DNA of 64,000 nucleotides from an uncultured Clostridia bacterium (GTDB lineage: Bacteria; Bacillota; Clostridia; Christensenellales; UBA1242): the NCBI GenBank assembly GCA_947628205.1, contig CANQYX010000002.1:4975-68974 (forward strand). The letters run 5' to 3'. The notes beneath the pieces are model-generated. The model saw only the letters and a list, made by a program, of their open reading frames with translations, did not search any database and was not told the DNA's origin. Every line of letters starts with the position of its first letter. The stretch's first letter is position 1. This document shows, piece after piece, positions 1-9,697 of the stretch. A program made the position numbers and the translations under genes.

Positions 1-640
1 GTGCACGCTCAACCGTCATTTTCTTCATTTTGCGTGGAGCTTTAATAAACCCACCCATAATTTGCCCAATGTTGATTTCCGCGCCAATGCCGTCCATCAA
101 ATTCATTTGTTTTGGCTGTTCACGCACATCAATATCTATTGGCTCGCTATCAAACTTGCCTGCCTTGTAGTCAGCATAAAACTGTTGCCTAAAAACTTCC
201 GTGTCCATTTCTTCTGGCTTGTTTGCCTTTTTAATTGGATATAAAATATCGGTTATTTTTTTATCCACCACAACAAGCGCTTTGTCTTTAATTTTAGCGG
301 TTTGCTCGTTGCGGACAATGCGCACAGATGCTTCAACTAAATCGCGAATCATGCTTTCAACGTCTCGGCCAACATAGCCCACTTCGGTGTATTTTGTGGC
401 TTCCACCTTAATGAAAGGTGCGTTAACGAGTTTGGCAAGCCTGCGTGCAATTTCGGTTTTGCCCACGCCAGTTGGACCTTTTAAAATTATGTTTTTAGGG
501 GTAATTTCATCGCTCAACTCTTTTGGCAATTTGCTGCGTCTATATCTATTTCTAAGCGCAATTGCCACCGCGCGTTTGGCTTTGGCTTGGCCGATAATGT
601 AATTATCCAAATTCTTTACAATTTCATTACATGTCATCAT
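1..640 (-). CDS. hslU: ATP-dependent protease ATPase subunit HslU (partial; C-terminus lies beyond the window start)
   Basis: Reverse translation from the ATG at 638-640 gives MMTCNEIVKNLDNYIIGQAKAKRAVAIALRNRY and Walker A GPTGVGKTEIAR. It starts 2 nt after the hslV stop. Confidence 0.9.
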   Translation of the reverse strand, partial: MMTCNEIVKNLDNYIIGQAKAKRAVAIALRNRYRRSKLPKELSDEITPKNIILKGPTGVGKTEIARRLAKLVNAPFIKVEATKYTEVGYVGRDVESMIRDLVEASVRIVRNEQTAKIKDKALVVVDKKITDILYPIKKANKPEEMDTEVFRQQFYADYKAGKFDSEPIDIDVREQPKQMNLMDGIGAEINIGQIMGGFIKAPRKMKKMTVERA

Positions 641-641
641 A

Positions 642-1175
642 CTAAACTTCCTCCACAACATAGTTGGTGTTTGTAAAAACGCAAATGCTTGATGCAATTT
701 CCATAGATTTTATTGCAATTTCGCGTGCTGATAAATCTGTGTTGCGCATAAGTGCTTTTGCCGATGCCAGTGCAAAATTTCCGCCGCTGCCAATTGCGCA
801 AACACCATCATCTGGCTCAATAACATCGCCCATGCAAGTTAAAATTAAAAGTGTGGTTTTATCTGCCACAATCATCATTGCCTCGGCGTTGTTATGCCCC
901 GCGCTGCGAATGGTTTTAGCGTATTCAACCGCGCTGCGCATTAAGCTGCCGCTATATTTATTAAGCATTTTTTCAAACTCTTCGCACATATAAAAAGCAT
1001 CTGCCGTGCCGCCAGCAAAACCAACCACAACTTTGTCATCATACAAGCGGCGAACTTTGTGTGCGTTGCCTTTAAAAATTATGCTTTGCCCCATTGTAAC
1101 CTGACCATCGCCGGCTATAACCGTTTTTCCGTCACGTTTAACTGCCACGATTGTCGTTCCTTTAAATTGATCCAT
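642..1175 (-). CDS. hslV: ATP-dependent protease subunit HslV
   Basis: 177 aa. N-terminal GTTIVAVKRDGK with the Thr nucleophile context, plus GFAGGTADAF and GSGG motifs. Forms an hslV-hslU pair. Confidence 0.92.
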   Translation of the reverse strand: MDQFKGTTIVAVKRDGKTVIAGDGQVTMGQSIIFKGNAHKVRRLYDDKVVVGFAGGTADAFYMCEEFEKMLNKYSGSLMRSAVEYAKTIRSAGHNNAEAMMIVADKTTLLILTCMGDVIEPDDGVCAIGSGGNFALASAKALMRNTDLSAREIAIKSMEIASSICVFTNTNYVVEEV

Positions 1176-1176
1176 T

Positions 1177-2487
1177 TTATTCTCCTTTTATTTCTTTCAA
1201 AGTTTCCCCTATGCTTTTTAACGAGCGCAAACGGAATTTTTTGTATCTTTCCGCCTTATTTTTTTCGTCTATCGGGTTAAGAATGCCAAAATTTGCATTT
1301 ATTGGCTGAAAATTTTGCTCGTTAGCGTGAATTAAATAATTATACAGCCCGCCAATAACTGTGTCCGCGCTAAAACTTATTAGTGGCTTATTTTTTAGCA
1401 TGCGCTCAACATTTATGGCGCAATATAGCCCACTTGCAATGCTTTCCACATAGCCCTCAACGCCGCTTAGTTGACCGGCAATAAATATATTATTGTCAAC
1501 TTTTAAGCGAGAATACACATCCAAACATTTAGGAAAGTTTACAAAATTGTTGGTGTGCATAACACCGTAGCGCAAAAATTCGGCATGCTCTAGCCCCGGA
1601 ATTAAACTAAACACGCGCTTTTGCTCGCCAAAGGTTAGGTTTGTTTGAAAACCAACCATATTATACATTGTAGCATATTTATTTTCTTTTCTCAACTGAA
1701 CAACGGCATAAGGTTTGACATTTTTGTTTGGATTTACAATTCCAACCGGTTTTAGTGGGCCAAAACGAATGGCATCCACCCCACGCTCGGCCAAAATTTC
1801 AATTGGCATGCAACTTTCAAAAATATTTTTCTTTTCAAAATTATGCAATTGAACGCGTTTTGCCGCAATTAGTTCGTTATAAAAGCGCAAATATTCATCC
1901 TTATCCATTGGGCAGTTGATATAATCCGCCTCGCCTTTATTATAGCGCGAACCTAAAAAAGCAACATCCATATTAATACTTTCGGCAGAAATAATTGGCG
2001 AAGCGGCATCGTAAAAATATAAAAAATCCTCGCCAACTTTTTGTTTTAGCGCGTTGCACATTTTGGGTGTGGTAAGCGGCCCGGTTGCAACAATTGTTAT
2101 TGAGTTTGGCTCAAAGTCCGCCACTTCTTCAGTGTGTAAAATTATGTTTTTATTGGCTTTAATTTGGTTTGTTACACTCAGCGAAAATGCATCTCTATCC
2201 ACCGCAAGCGCTTGACCTGCTGGCACGCTATTTTCATAAGCTGTTTTTAACAGCGTACTGCCTAATAGTGTAAGTTCTCGTTTAAATACGCCAGATGCAG
2301 TGTTCTCATCATCGCTTTTAAGCGAATTGCTGCAAACAATTTCGGCGTAATTTTCGCTGTGATGGGCGGGCGTCATTGTCTTTCCCTTTATGTCATAAAG
2401 ATGCACTTTGTGACCTTTGTTTGCCAGATACAAGGCACACTCGCTGCCTGCCAAGCCACCGCCAATAATATTAATCTTTTTTAACAT
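1177..2487 (-). CDS. trmFO: Methylenetetrahydrofolate--tRNA-(U54)-methyltransferase TrmFO (Gid)
   Basis: MLKKINIIGGGLAGSECA FAD-binding N-terminus. The start was moved to the ATG at 2487 (AAGGGTG SD upstream); the track ORF extends to 2559. Follows topA as in B. subtilis. Confidence 0.88.
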   Translation of the reverse strand: MLKKINIIGGGLAGSECALYLANKGHKVHLYDIKGKTMTPAHHSENYAEIVCSNSLKSDDENTASGVFKRELTLLGSTLLKTAYENSVPAGQALAVDRDAFSLSVTNQIKANKNIILHTEEVADFEPNSITIVATGPLTTPKMCNALKQKVGEDFLYFYDAASPIISAESINMDVAFLGSRYNKGEADYINCPMDKDEYLRFYNELIAAKRVQLHNFEKKNIFESCMPIEILAERGVDAIRFGPLKPVGIVNPNKNVKPYAVVQLRKENKYATMYNMVGFQTNLTFGEQKRVFSLIPGLEHAEFLRYGVMHTNNFVNFPKCLDVYSRLKVDNNIFIAGQLSGVEGYVESIASGLYCAINVERMLKNKPLISFSADTVIGGLYNYLIHANEQNFQPINANFGILNPIDEKNKAERYKKFRLRSLKSIGETLKEIKGE

Positions 2488-4543
2488 AGTTGCACCCTTT
2501 GTTAGCGCAATAAATGCGAGTGGATTTTGGCATAAATTTTTTGAATAAATTGTTGCCACAATTTGGGCATTTTTCGCTCAACTCTAAATCCCACGAAACA
2601 TAATCGCATTTTGGATAGTTAGAGCAACCAAAGAACACATTGCCCTTTTTTGAGTGCTTTGCGGTTACAACACCGCCGCATTTTGGGCAAATACCCGTGT
2701 CGGATATTTTATTTTCGTTAAGGTTTTTTGTGTTTCTGCATTTTGGAAAATTCGAGCAAGCCAAAAAGCGCCCGAACTTGCCTTCGCGATAGACCATCAT
2801 TGCACCGCATTTTTCGCAAACAATATCGCTTGGAACTGGCTCGGCTTTTGGCAACTCTACCCCCGATTGCTTGCTGGCAACTTCTAACTGTTTGCTAAAA
2901 TCCTTATAAAACCTATCCACAATATCTTGCCATTTAACCTTGCCAAGTTCCACATCATCTAGTTCTTTTTCCATATCGGCGGTAAATTTAATGTCCATGG
3001 CCTGTTTAAAATATTCTTCCAAATATTCGGTTACCTGCACGCCAAGTTCGGTTGGAACAAGATAATTTTTTTCTGTTTTGATATATTCCCTATTAAACAG
3101 AGTGGTTATTGTTGCGCCGTAGGTTGATGGCCTGCCTATGCCCTGCACTTCCATTTCGTGCGTTAGAGTGCCGGCGGTAAATCTTACTGGTGGTTTTGTA
3201 AATTTTTGTTCAGTTTTAATTTTATTTTTGGTTATCTGTTCATTTTCTAATAAATCTGGAATATTTATTCCGTTTTTATCCTCGTCTTGTGGCTTTAAAA
3301 GTTTTGTGTAGCCATCGAAAATAAGTGCTTTTCCGCTTGAACGGAATTTATAATCGGCCGCCAGCACATCCACAGTTAAGCTATCGTATTGCGCCCAACT
3401 CATTTGGCTGGCAACAAATCGGTTAAAAATAAGTGTATATAATTTTAAAAACTGTTCGTCTATTTTATCTTTTAAATATTCAGGTGTATACTTCAAATTG
3501 ATTGGACGGATTGCTTCGTGTGCATCTTGCGCATTTTGCTTTGTGGCAAACTCGTTAAATTTGCCCGGATGATATTTTTCGCCAAACTCATTTAAAATAT
3601 ATTCCTTTGCCATAAATTGTGCATCTAGGCTAACGCGCGTGCTATCCGTACGGATATATGTTACAAGCGCGGTTTTGCCCTCGCCCTTTATCATAACACC
3701 TTCATATAGTGATTGCGCAGTTTTGGTGTACCCTGCAACAGTCATTTTAAGTTTTGACAGTGCATCTTGTTGCAAACTGCTGGTTATATATGGTGCTGGC
3801 GGTTTTGAATAGGCAACCTGCCGTTTAACCGCGCTAACCTTATATTCTGCCGGCTCGATTATTTTTAAAATTTCATCAACCTCAGCTTTGTTATGCACTT
3901 CAAGTTTTTTATCTTTATATTGCACCAAATCGGCTTTAAATTTTTGATTGTTTTTGCTTAGCTCGGCAGAAATGTTCCAATATTCTTGTGGAACGAAAGA
4001 TTTTATTGCCTTTTCCCTGTCCACAATCAATTTTAATGTTACCGATTGAACCCTGCCTGCGCTCAATTTGCCATGAATTTTTTTTGAAAGAAGTGGGCTT
4101 AATTTATATCCCATAATTCTATCTAACACACGGCGGCCCTGTTGAGCGTTAACTAAATCAAGATTTATTGGTTTTGGGTTTTGAATGCTTGCATTAACTG
4201 CCTTTTTGCTTATTTCGTTAAAGGCGGTGCGCACAAGTGCATCAGGTTTTAAATTTAAAATGTTGGCAAGATGCCAAGCAATTGCTTCTCCCTCTCGGTC
4301 CGGGTCGCTTGCCAGATAAATTGCTTCGGCGTTTTTAGCAAGTTTTTTAAGCTGTTCAACCGTGGCTTTTTTGTTTGGAATAATTTCGTAAGTTGGCTCG
4401 TAATTATTATTCAAATCTATTGCAAAACTGTTTGCGGGCAAATCTCGCACATGGCCTTTTGTGGCAAAAACTGTGTAATCTGCACCTAAATATTTTTTAA
4501 TTGATTCTTGTTTACCGGGACCTTCTATAAATACTAACTTCAT
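2471..4543 (-). CDS. topA: DNA topoisomerase I
   Basis: 690 aa. TOPRIM N-terminus (MKLVFIEGPGK...DPDREGEAIAWH) and C-terminal CxxC zinc-ribbon repeats (CEKCGAMM...CSNFPKC, CPKCGG...CSNYPKC). Confidence 0.95.
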   Translation of the reverse strand: MKLVFIEGPGKQESIKKYLGADYTVFATKGHVRDLPANSFAIDLNNNYEPTYEIIPNKKATVEQLKKLAKNAEAIYLASDPDREGEAIAWHLANILNLKPDALVRTAFNEISKKAVNASIQNPKPINLDLVNAQQGRRVLDRIMGYKLSPLLSKKIHGKLSAGRVQSVTLKLIVDREKAIKSFVPQEYWNISAELSKNNQKFKADLVQYKDKKLEVHNKAEVDEILKIIEPAEYKVSAVKRQVAYSKPPAPYITSSLQQDALSKLKMTVAGYTKTAQSLYEGVMIKGEGKTALVTYIRTDSTRVSLDAQFMAKEYILNEFGEKYHPGKFNEFATKQNAQDAHEAIRPINLKYTPEYLKDKIDEQFLKLYTLIFNRFVASQMSWAQYDSLTVDVLAADYKFRSSGKALIFDGYTKLLKPQDEDKNGINIPDLLENEQITKNKIKTEQKFTKPPVRFTAGTLTHEMEVQGIGRPSTYGATITTLFNREYIKTEKNYLVPTELGVQVTEYLEEYFKQAMDIKFTADMEKELDDVELGKVKWQDIVDRFYKDFSKQLEVASKQSGVELPKAEPVPSDIVCEKCGAMMVYREGKFGRFLACSNFPKCRNTKNLNENKISDTGICPKCGGVVTAKHSKKGNVFFGCSNYPKCDYVSWDLELSEKCPNCGNNLFKKFMPKSTRIYCANKGCNYVKKD

Positions 4544-4551
4544 AACTTTCC

Positions 4552-5634
4552 TTAAGATTTAATATAACTATTGTTGGCGAGTTTGGTTATAAGCCCTTCC
4601 ACTTCGAGGTTTAATAGCGTTGCATTAAGTTCGTTAACTGGCATGCCGGTGTGATCGGCAATCTCTTGAAAGGTCTTTTTCTCCGCCATTATATAATTTA
4701 ATATAATTTGCTCGTTTAAGTCAAGTTGAATCGAAGTTATTTTTGAATTTTCTTGCTTTTTTATGTCTAAGGCCGACAAAATATCGTCCGGCGAAAGCGC
4801 AATTGAGCCCGAATATTCCTTAATTATGTTGTTGCATCCCATCGAATTTGGCGAATTTATTCTGCCCGGGATGGCAAAAATATCTCGGCCATAGTCGATT
4901 GCGTAATTTATTGTGTGAAGCGAGCCGCTCTTTTCGCCTGCCTCGGTTACCAAAACGGCACGGGAAAGGCCCGCTATTATGCGGTTACGAATTGGAAAAT
5001 TGTACGCTTGCGGCGTTATATCTGGGCTGTTTTCGCTTAAAATTAAGTTGTTTTCCGCTATCGTTTTTGAAAGTTGGAAATTGACAGCCGGATAGATATG
5101 GTAAAGCCCACCAGCCAAAACGGCAATGGTTTTGCCGTTGTTTTCGAGGGCGGTTTTATGAGCAAGTGTATCCACCCCAACCGCCATGCCGGAAACAATT
5201 GTTACGTCGTTTTCAACAAGTTCTTTGGCAAATAGCTTGGTGGTTACAATGCCATATTCGCTCGGCTTACGTGTGCCAACAATGGCCACACAAAGCGTGT
5301 TTAAAAGTTGAGTGTTGCCGCGGCAATACAAGCAAAGCGGCGGGTCGGCAATGTTGGCAAGCATGGTTGGATATTCTGGGCTCAAAATGGTTATCATTTT
5401 GATGTTGTTGCGCTCGAACTCGGCAATTTTATCGTTCAAAAACTTATCCTCCAGCACAACGGACATCTTTTTATATTCATTTTCGCTTAAAATTTCTTTA
5501 TACGCCAAGTTGGAAAGAAATTTTTGCTTAATATCCTGCCCCTTTGGAGTTATTTCAAGCAACTTTTTCTTTTTAGAATATGGCAGGTTTGGGAACAAAT
5601 CCAGCCAAATTATGTTTCGTTCGTCAATTGTCAT
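4552..5634 (-). CDS. dprA: DNA processing protein DprA (Smf)
   Basis: 360 aa. VSGMAVGVDTLAHKTAL and AVLAGGLYHIYP motifs typical of DprA. The dprA-topA order matches B. subtilis. Confidence 0.88.
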   Translation of the reverse strand: MTIDERNIIWLDLFPNLPYSKKKKLLEITPKGQDIKQKFLSNLAYKEILSENEYKKMSVVLEDKFLNDKIAEFERNNIKMITILSPEYPTMLANIADPPLCLYCRGNTQLLNTLCVAIVGTRKPSEYGIVTTKLFAKELVENDVTIVSGMAVGVDTLAHKTALENNGKTIAVLAGGLYHIYPAVNFQLSKTIAENNLILSENSPDITPQAYNFPIRNRIIAGLSRAVLVTEAGEKSGSLHTINYAIDYGRDIFAIPGRINSPNSMGCNNIIKEYSGSIALSPDDILSALDIKKQENSKITSIQLDLNEQIILNYIMAEKKTFQEIADHTGMPVNELNATLLNLEVEGLITKLANNSYIKS

Positions 5635-5635
5635 G

Positions 5636-7168
5636 TTACACCGTGTATTTTTTATCTAGCGACCTATATTGAATTGCCTCTAAAATGTGTTGTTTTTCTA
5701 TGTTTTCTTTGCCGTCCAAATCCGCAATTGTGCGCGCAACCTTTAAAATGCGGTTATATGCGCGGGCGGAAAGGTTGAGTTTTTTAAACGCAATTTCCAA
5801 AATATCGGTTGAGGCTTTATCCAGCGCGCAATACTCTTTAAATTCCTTTTCATTCATTTTAGCGTTTGAGTAAATTCCGCTGTTTTTAAAGCGTTGAAGT
5901 TGCACGCCGCGTGCCTTGTTTACGCGCTTTTTAATTTCCGCGCTGCTTTCTTCTAGTTTAAAATGGGTTAGTTCCTCATAATCCACGCTATCCACTTCAA
6001 TATGCAAATCTATGCGGTCAAGTAGTGGACCGCTTATTTTAGACAAATATTTGTGTATGGCTGCCGGCGTGCATTTACACTCGTGCGTTGTGCTGCCGTA
6101 ATATCCGCATGGGCATGGGTTCATGCTGGCAACCAAAATGAAGTTGGCAGGATATTGCACGGTTAGCGCGTTGCGGGCAACCGTTATGTAGCCATCCTCC
6201 ATTGGTTGGCGGAGTGTTTCAATTGTGTTGCGCGCATATTCGGGCAATTCGTCCAAAAACAACACACCGTTATGCGCCAAACTTATTTCGCCCGGCTTGG
6301 CTTTTAGGCCGCCGCCAGTTAGCGCAATTAGGGTTGCCGTGTGGTGTGGGCTTCTAAATGGGCGCTCAACCACAATGCCCTTTTTGGGGTCCAACACGCC
6401 AGCTACGCTGTGAATTTTGGTTACTTCTAGGCTCTCTTCAAAAGTTAAGTCGGGCAAAATGGACGGGAAGCACTTTGCAAGCATAGTTTTGCCTGCCCCC
6501 GGAGGGCCAATAAGCATAATATTATGTCCGCCTGCCGCGGCAATTTCCATGGCGCGTTTTGCGCTGGCTTGACCTTTAACATAGGCAAAATCGTGCTTAA
6601 AATTATGTTCTTTAAGCGCGCTTTCAAACGTTTTATTGTCGTTAGGGGCAATGTCAATTTCACCTTTCAAAAATGCCACAACTTGCTTTAGCGTTTCAAC
6701 CGGATAAACCTCAATTTTATCTATAAACGCCGCTTCCATAGCGTTGGCTTTTGGGATTATAAACTTGTTAAAGCCCATCTGTTTGGCGGAAATTAGCATA
6801 GGCAAAATGCCGTTAAGTTTTCTAACATCGCCATCAAGGCTTAGTTCTCCCAAAACAACATAATCTTTAACCGCTTTGTTTGGGATAATTTCCTGCGCAA
6901 CCAAAATGCCAAGCGCAATAGGAAGGTCGTACAAACTGCCCTCTTTTTTAGTGTCCGCCGGCGCAAGGTTGATTATAATTTTATTTATAGGATAGTTAAA
7001 AGTGCTGTTTTTTATGGCAGCATGCACACGGCTTTTGCTTTCCTTAATGGCAGTGTCCGCCAAGCCGACCACGTCGTAGCCCGGCAAACCCGCGTTAATG
7101 TCCAACTCAATTGTTACAGGATAACCGGTTATTCCGGTTATGCCAAATGATAATATTTTTGATAACAT
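5636..7168 (-). CDS. YifB/ComM family Mg-chelatase-like ATPase
   Basis: 510 aa. N-terminal Lon-like domain, Walker A GPPGAGKTMLAK, FLDELPE Walker B and the CxC...C cluster typical of the ComM/YifB family. Confidence 0.88.
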   Translation of the reverse strand: MLSKILSFGITGITGYPVTIELDINAGLPGYDVVGLADTAIKESKSRVHAAIKNSTFNYPINKIIINLAPADTKKEGSLYDLPIALGILVAQEIIPNKAVKDYVVLGELSLDGDVRKLNGILPMLISAKQMGFNKFIIPKANAMEAAFIDKIEVYPVETLKQVVAFLKGEIDIAPNDNKTFESALKEHNFKHDFAYVKGQASAKRAMEIAAAGGHNIMLIGPPGAGKTMLAKCFPSILPDLTFEESLEVTKIHSVAGVLDPKKGIVVERPFRSPHHTATLIALTGGGLKAKPGEISLAHNGVLFLDELPEYARNTIETLRQPMEDGYITVARNALTVQYPANFILVASMNPCPCGYYGSTTHECKCTPAAIHKYLSKISGPLLDRIDLHIEVDSVDYEELTHFKLEESSAEIKKRVNKARGVQLQRFKNSGIYSNAKMNEKEFKEYCALDKASTDILEIAFKKLNLSARAYNRILKVARTIADLDGKENIEKQHILEAIQYRSLDKKYTV

Positions 7169-7252
7169 AATTAAATTTTACAAAATTTGGCAAAATATGT
7201 CAATTATTTTCAAACATTTGTTCTAATTTTTTTAATAATATCACAAATTAAC

Positions 7253-7303
7253 AAAAAACAACTCATAGCGAGTTGTTGCAAAGAAAAAAGGCATTACTGC
7301 CTT
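7253..7303 (-). terminator. Tandem Rho-independent terminators after rplS
   Basis: On the minus strand, aaggcagtaatgcctt plus a T-run (7284-7303) and caactcgctatgagttg plus a T-run (7253-7276). Confidence 0.7.
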
Positions 7304-7643
7304 ATTTAACTTCTTTAACTTTTGCCGCTTTGCCTGAAAGATTGCGAATGTAATATATTTTAGCGCGACGAACTGCACCCTTTCTAACCACAACAATTTT
7401 TTCAATGCGTGGGCTGTTTAGTGGGAAAGTTCTTTCAACGCCAATGCCAAACGAAATGCGCCTTACTGTGAAGTTTTCTCTAACACCGGCACCTTTTTTG
7501 GCAATTACAACGCCTTCGTAGTTTTGAACACGCTCTTTATCCCCTTCTTTGACTTTGTACGAAACACGCACAGTGTCTCCAATATTAAAAGAAGCGAGGT
7601 CGGTTCTAACTTGTTCCTTTTCAAGTTGGTCGATAATAGTCAT
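7302..7643 (-). CDS. rplS: 50S ribosomal protein L19
   Basis: [11 protein letters not shown]...[26 protein letters not shown]. Start set to the ATG at 7643, preceded by a GAAGGAGGT SD; the track ORF has a spurious 17-aa extension. Confidence 0.93.
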   Translation of the reverse strand: MTIIDQLEKEQVRTDLASFNIGDTVRVSYKVKEGDKERVQNYEGVVIAKKGAGVRENFTVRRISFGIGVERTFPLNSPRIEKIVVVRKGAVRRAKIYYIRNLSGKAAKVKEVK

Positions 7644-7708
7644 TTCTACCTCCTTCATTGACGTTCTTATGATTGGACCACAGCGGACCGCCAATATTCA
7701 ACTTGAAT

Positions 7709-7737
7709 ATATTAGCACAAAATTTTACAATTTGCAA
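7709..7737 (-). promoter_or_regulatory. Putative sigma-A promoter of rplS
   Basis: On the minus strand, TTGCAA (7737-7732), a 17-nt spacer, then TAATAT (7714-7709) with an upstream TG. It leaves a leader of roughly 58 nt containing an ATTGG...CCAAT hairpin. Confidence 0.5.
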
Positions 7738-7806
7738 GTGTTTTTTAAAAATTTTTCATAAATTTGTTGTAAATTTTTCATAAATTGGTTGTGTTTATGT
7801 TGAATT

Positions 7807-9090
7807 TTAAACCTCGTGTTGGTTCTCTAAACGAAATTTTACCTCTTTTATAAGCTCAACTGCATTTATTAGCCGCGTGCCATATTTATTTGGCTTGCTG
7901 GCAGTTTTTTGCGCTATTTTTGCAAATTCATTCATTGTTAAGTTGGCGTCAACTTGTTTTGCTAAGCAAAACAGCCCTAAAACTTGCGGAATACTCCAAC
8001 TTGCACAACCAAAATTATTTTCATATTTATATCCGTCCGTTGTGTATGGCATTGGTGTTAATTTATCTGCATCAATAACAGCAACGGCATTTGGTTTTGG
8101 CACATTAGAAACATAATTGTCTAAATCTTCATTAGGTTTTTGACAGTCCTTTTTATACGCATAAGTGAAATTATTCCAAAATTCATTAGCACTAAAAATA
8201 GCAGTCCCATAGTTTTCAAGTTCTTTTACAAGTTTGTTATATTGTTTTAAAAGTTCGTCTTTCTTTTTCGTGTTTCCATTTGTATATAAATCAATATGAT
8301 AAGTGATTGATGCTGATAAACCAACAGCCACTATTTTTTCGCCTGCTTTTACGCGTTTTAAAATGTCTTTAAGAGCTGCAAATTCATTTTTGAGTTCCGA
8401 ACCAATATAATCAGCAAATTGTCCACCTTCTGTTCCGTCAGTTGCATAATAAACGCAATCTACATCGGGTGCAATTCCAATGTTTTTGCCCATTAGGCGC
8501 GAAAGGACTGAATACCCATGAAAATCTAAATTAGGGTTTTGCTGAATGTTGACAAAGTCAATTTTTCTATCTTTAAATTCCTTGTGAGACAAATCCAATT
8601 TTTTGTCTATATATGCAACCTTAACGCCCTTGCCCGTTATTCCCTGTTTATGCAATTGTTCCACGCCTAAACCTTTATATGTTTTGGCCTTAGCAACAAG
8701 TTTTTCGGGGTCGAAACCTTTTGGCAATTTAAATTTTGGTGGCCATTTTGTTGCAGTGCTAAACGGAATGCGCATCAGTTTTTCTGCTGGAATTTTAGAT
8801 AAATCCATTTTAGAAAAATCTTCCAAACTAAAACCCCAAATAAAATCGCCGGTATAAATTAAATCAATCAACTTATCCCTTTCAGCTTGAAGTTCAACAA
8901 TTTTTTTGCTGTTCTCGTCAGTTTTAGGTTGGCTAAACAAAACTTGAAGTTGTTGTTCAATTTCAATCTTTTCTTGAATTGTTTTTTCTAAGTTAAAATT
9001 TTCGCTTAATAAATTAGAAACCAAATCCTTATTCGCTCTATAACTTAAAATAATATTCTTAAACTCTTCAAAATTTTTGATTGTTTCCAC
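7807..9090 (-). CDS. Subtilase (S8)-like serine peptidase with a coiled-coil N-terminal region and no signal peptide
   Basis: 427 aa. Asp motif GKGVKVAYIDKKLDLSHKEF, His motif FHGYSVLSRLMG...GIAPDVD and Ser motif GCASWSIPQVLGL (compare GTSMAAPHVAG). The N-terminal ~75 aa are E/K/Q-rich. Confidence 0.5.
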   Translation of the reverse strand: METIKNFEEFKNIILSYRANKDLVSNLLSENFNLEKTIQEKIEIEQQLQVLFSQPKTDENSKKIVELQAERDKLIDLIYTGDFIWGFSLEDFSKMDLSKIPAEKLMRIPFSTATKWPPKFKLPKGFDPEKLVAKAKTYKGLGVEQLHKQGITGKGVKVAYIDKKLDLSHKEFKDRKIDFVNIQQNPNLDFHGYSVLSRLMGKNIGIAPDVDCVYYATDGTEGGQFADYIGSELKNEFAALKDILKRVKAGEKIVAVGLSASITYHIDLYTNGNTKKKDELLKQYNKLVKELENYGTAIFSANEFWNNFTYAYKKDCQKPNEDLDNYVSNVPKPNAVAVIDADKLTPMPYTTDGYKYENNFGCASWSIPQVLGLFCLAKQVDANLTMNEFAKIAQKTASKPNKYGTRLINAVELIKEVKFRLENQHEV

Positions 9091-9151
9091 ATTCTGCTCC
9101 TATTTTTATTTTAAAACAAACGAAACAAATTCGCAAGCGGTGTCACGAGAT

Positions 9152-9499
9152 TTAAAACGCGTTTTCTACATGGCGGATGTCGGCATCCGTGTCGCCTAAA
9201 ACGGCGATGGCATCAAAGCGGCAAGGGGTTTCTAGCAAGCCTTTAGATTTTAAATACATTGTGGCAACCATGCGGATTTTGCGCTGCTTTTCATAATTTA
9301 TTGCTTCAAACGGGTCGCCAAACGCGCGGGACATTCTGCCCTTCACCTCAACAAAAACAATTGTGTTGTTAAATCGGGCGATGATGTCTATTTCGCCAAT
9401 TTTGTTTTTATAGTTGTTGGCAATTATTGTGTAACCTTTGCGCTTTAAATAGCTGGTTGCTTTGGCTTCGCACATTTTGCCATAAGTTAAATTATCCAT
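9152..9499 (-). CDS. YraN family (UPF0102) endonuclease-like protein
   Basis: 115 aa. YLKRKGYTIIANNYKNKIGEIDIIA...VFVEVKGR matches the YraN signature. Confidence 0.85.
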   Translation of the reverse strand: MDNLTYGKMCEAKATSYLKRKGYTIIANNYKNKIGEIDIIARFNNTIVFVEVKGRMSRAFGDPFEAINYEKQRKIRMVATMYLKSKGLLETPCRFDAIAVLGDTDADIRHVENAF

Positions 9500-9522
9500 T
9501 TTTTCTCCTTTGTTTTAAGGTT

Positions 9523-9697
9523 GAGATTCTTCACTTCGTTCAGAATGACACCTACCATATTTTTTAACACAAATTGACTAAATGTATATTCAATTTTTAA
9601 AACGACTGAAATAGACCACAGTCATGTTGAGCGTAGTCGAAACATCTCATTTTCTCAAAAAGATTCTTCTCTACGTTCAGAATGACACGAACATCTC
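9523..9697. repeat. Cluster of GAGAT...ATGACA hairpin repeats (yraN-rnhB spacer)
   Basis: 9523-9550 gagattcttcacttcgttcagaatgaca; 9621-9648 gtcatgttgagcgtagtcgaaacatctc (inverted copy); 9661-9687 agattcttctctacgttcagaatgaca; a partial cgaacatctc at 9688-9697. Confidence 0.85.

Noticed and set aside
664-993. Plus-strand ORFs antisense to well-supported minus-strand genes. Examples are 664-993, 10716-11153, 16179-16520, 21030-21437, 33839-34372, 36358-36789, 48153-48593, 52633-53088 and 55237-55653.
   Set aside because: They lie fully inside conserved housekeeping CDSs on the other strand, lack SD sequences and have low-complexity composition. They are shadow ORFs.
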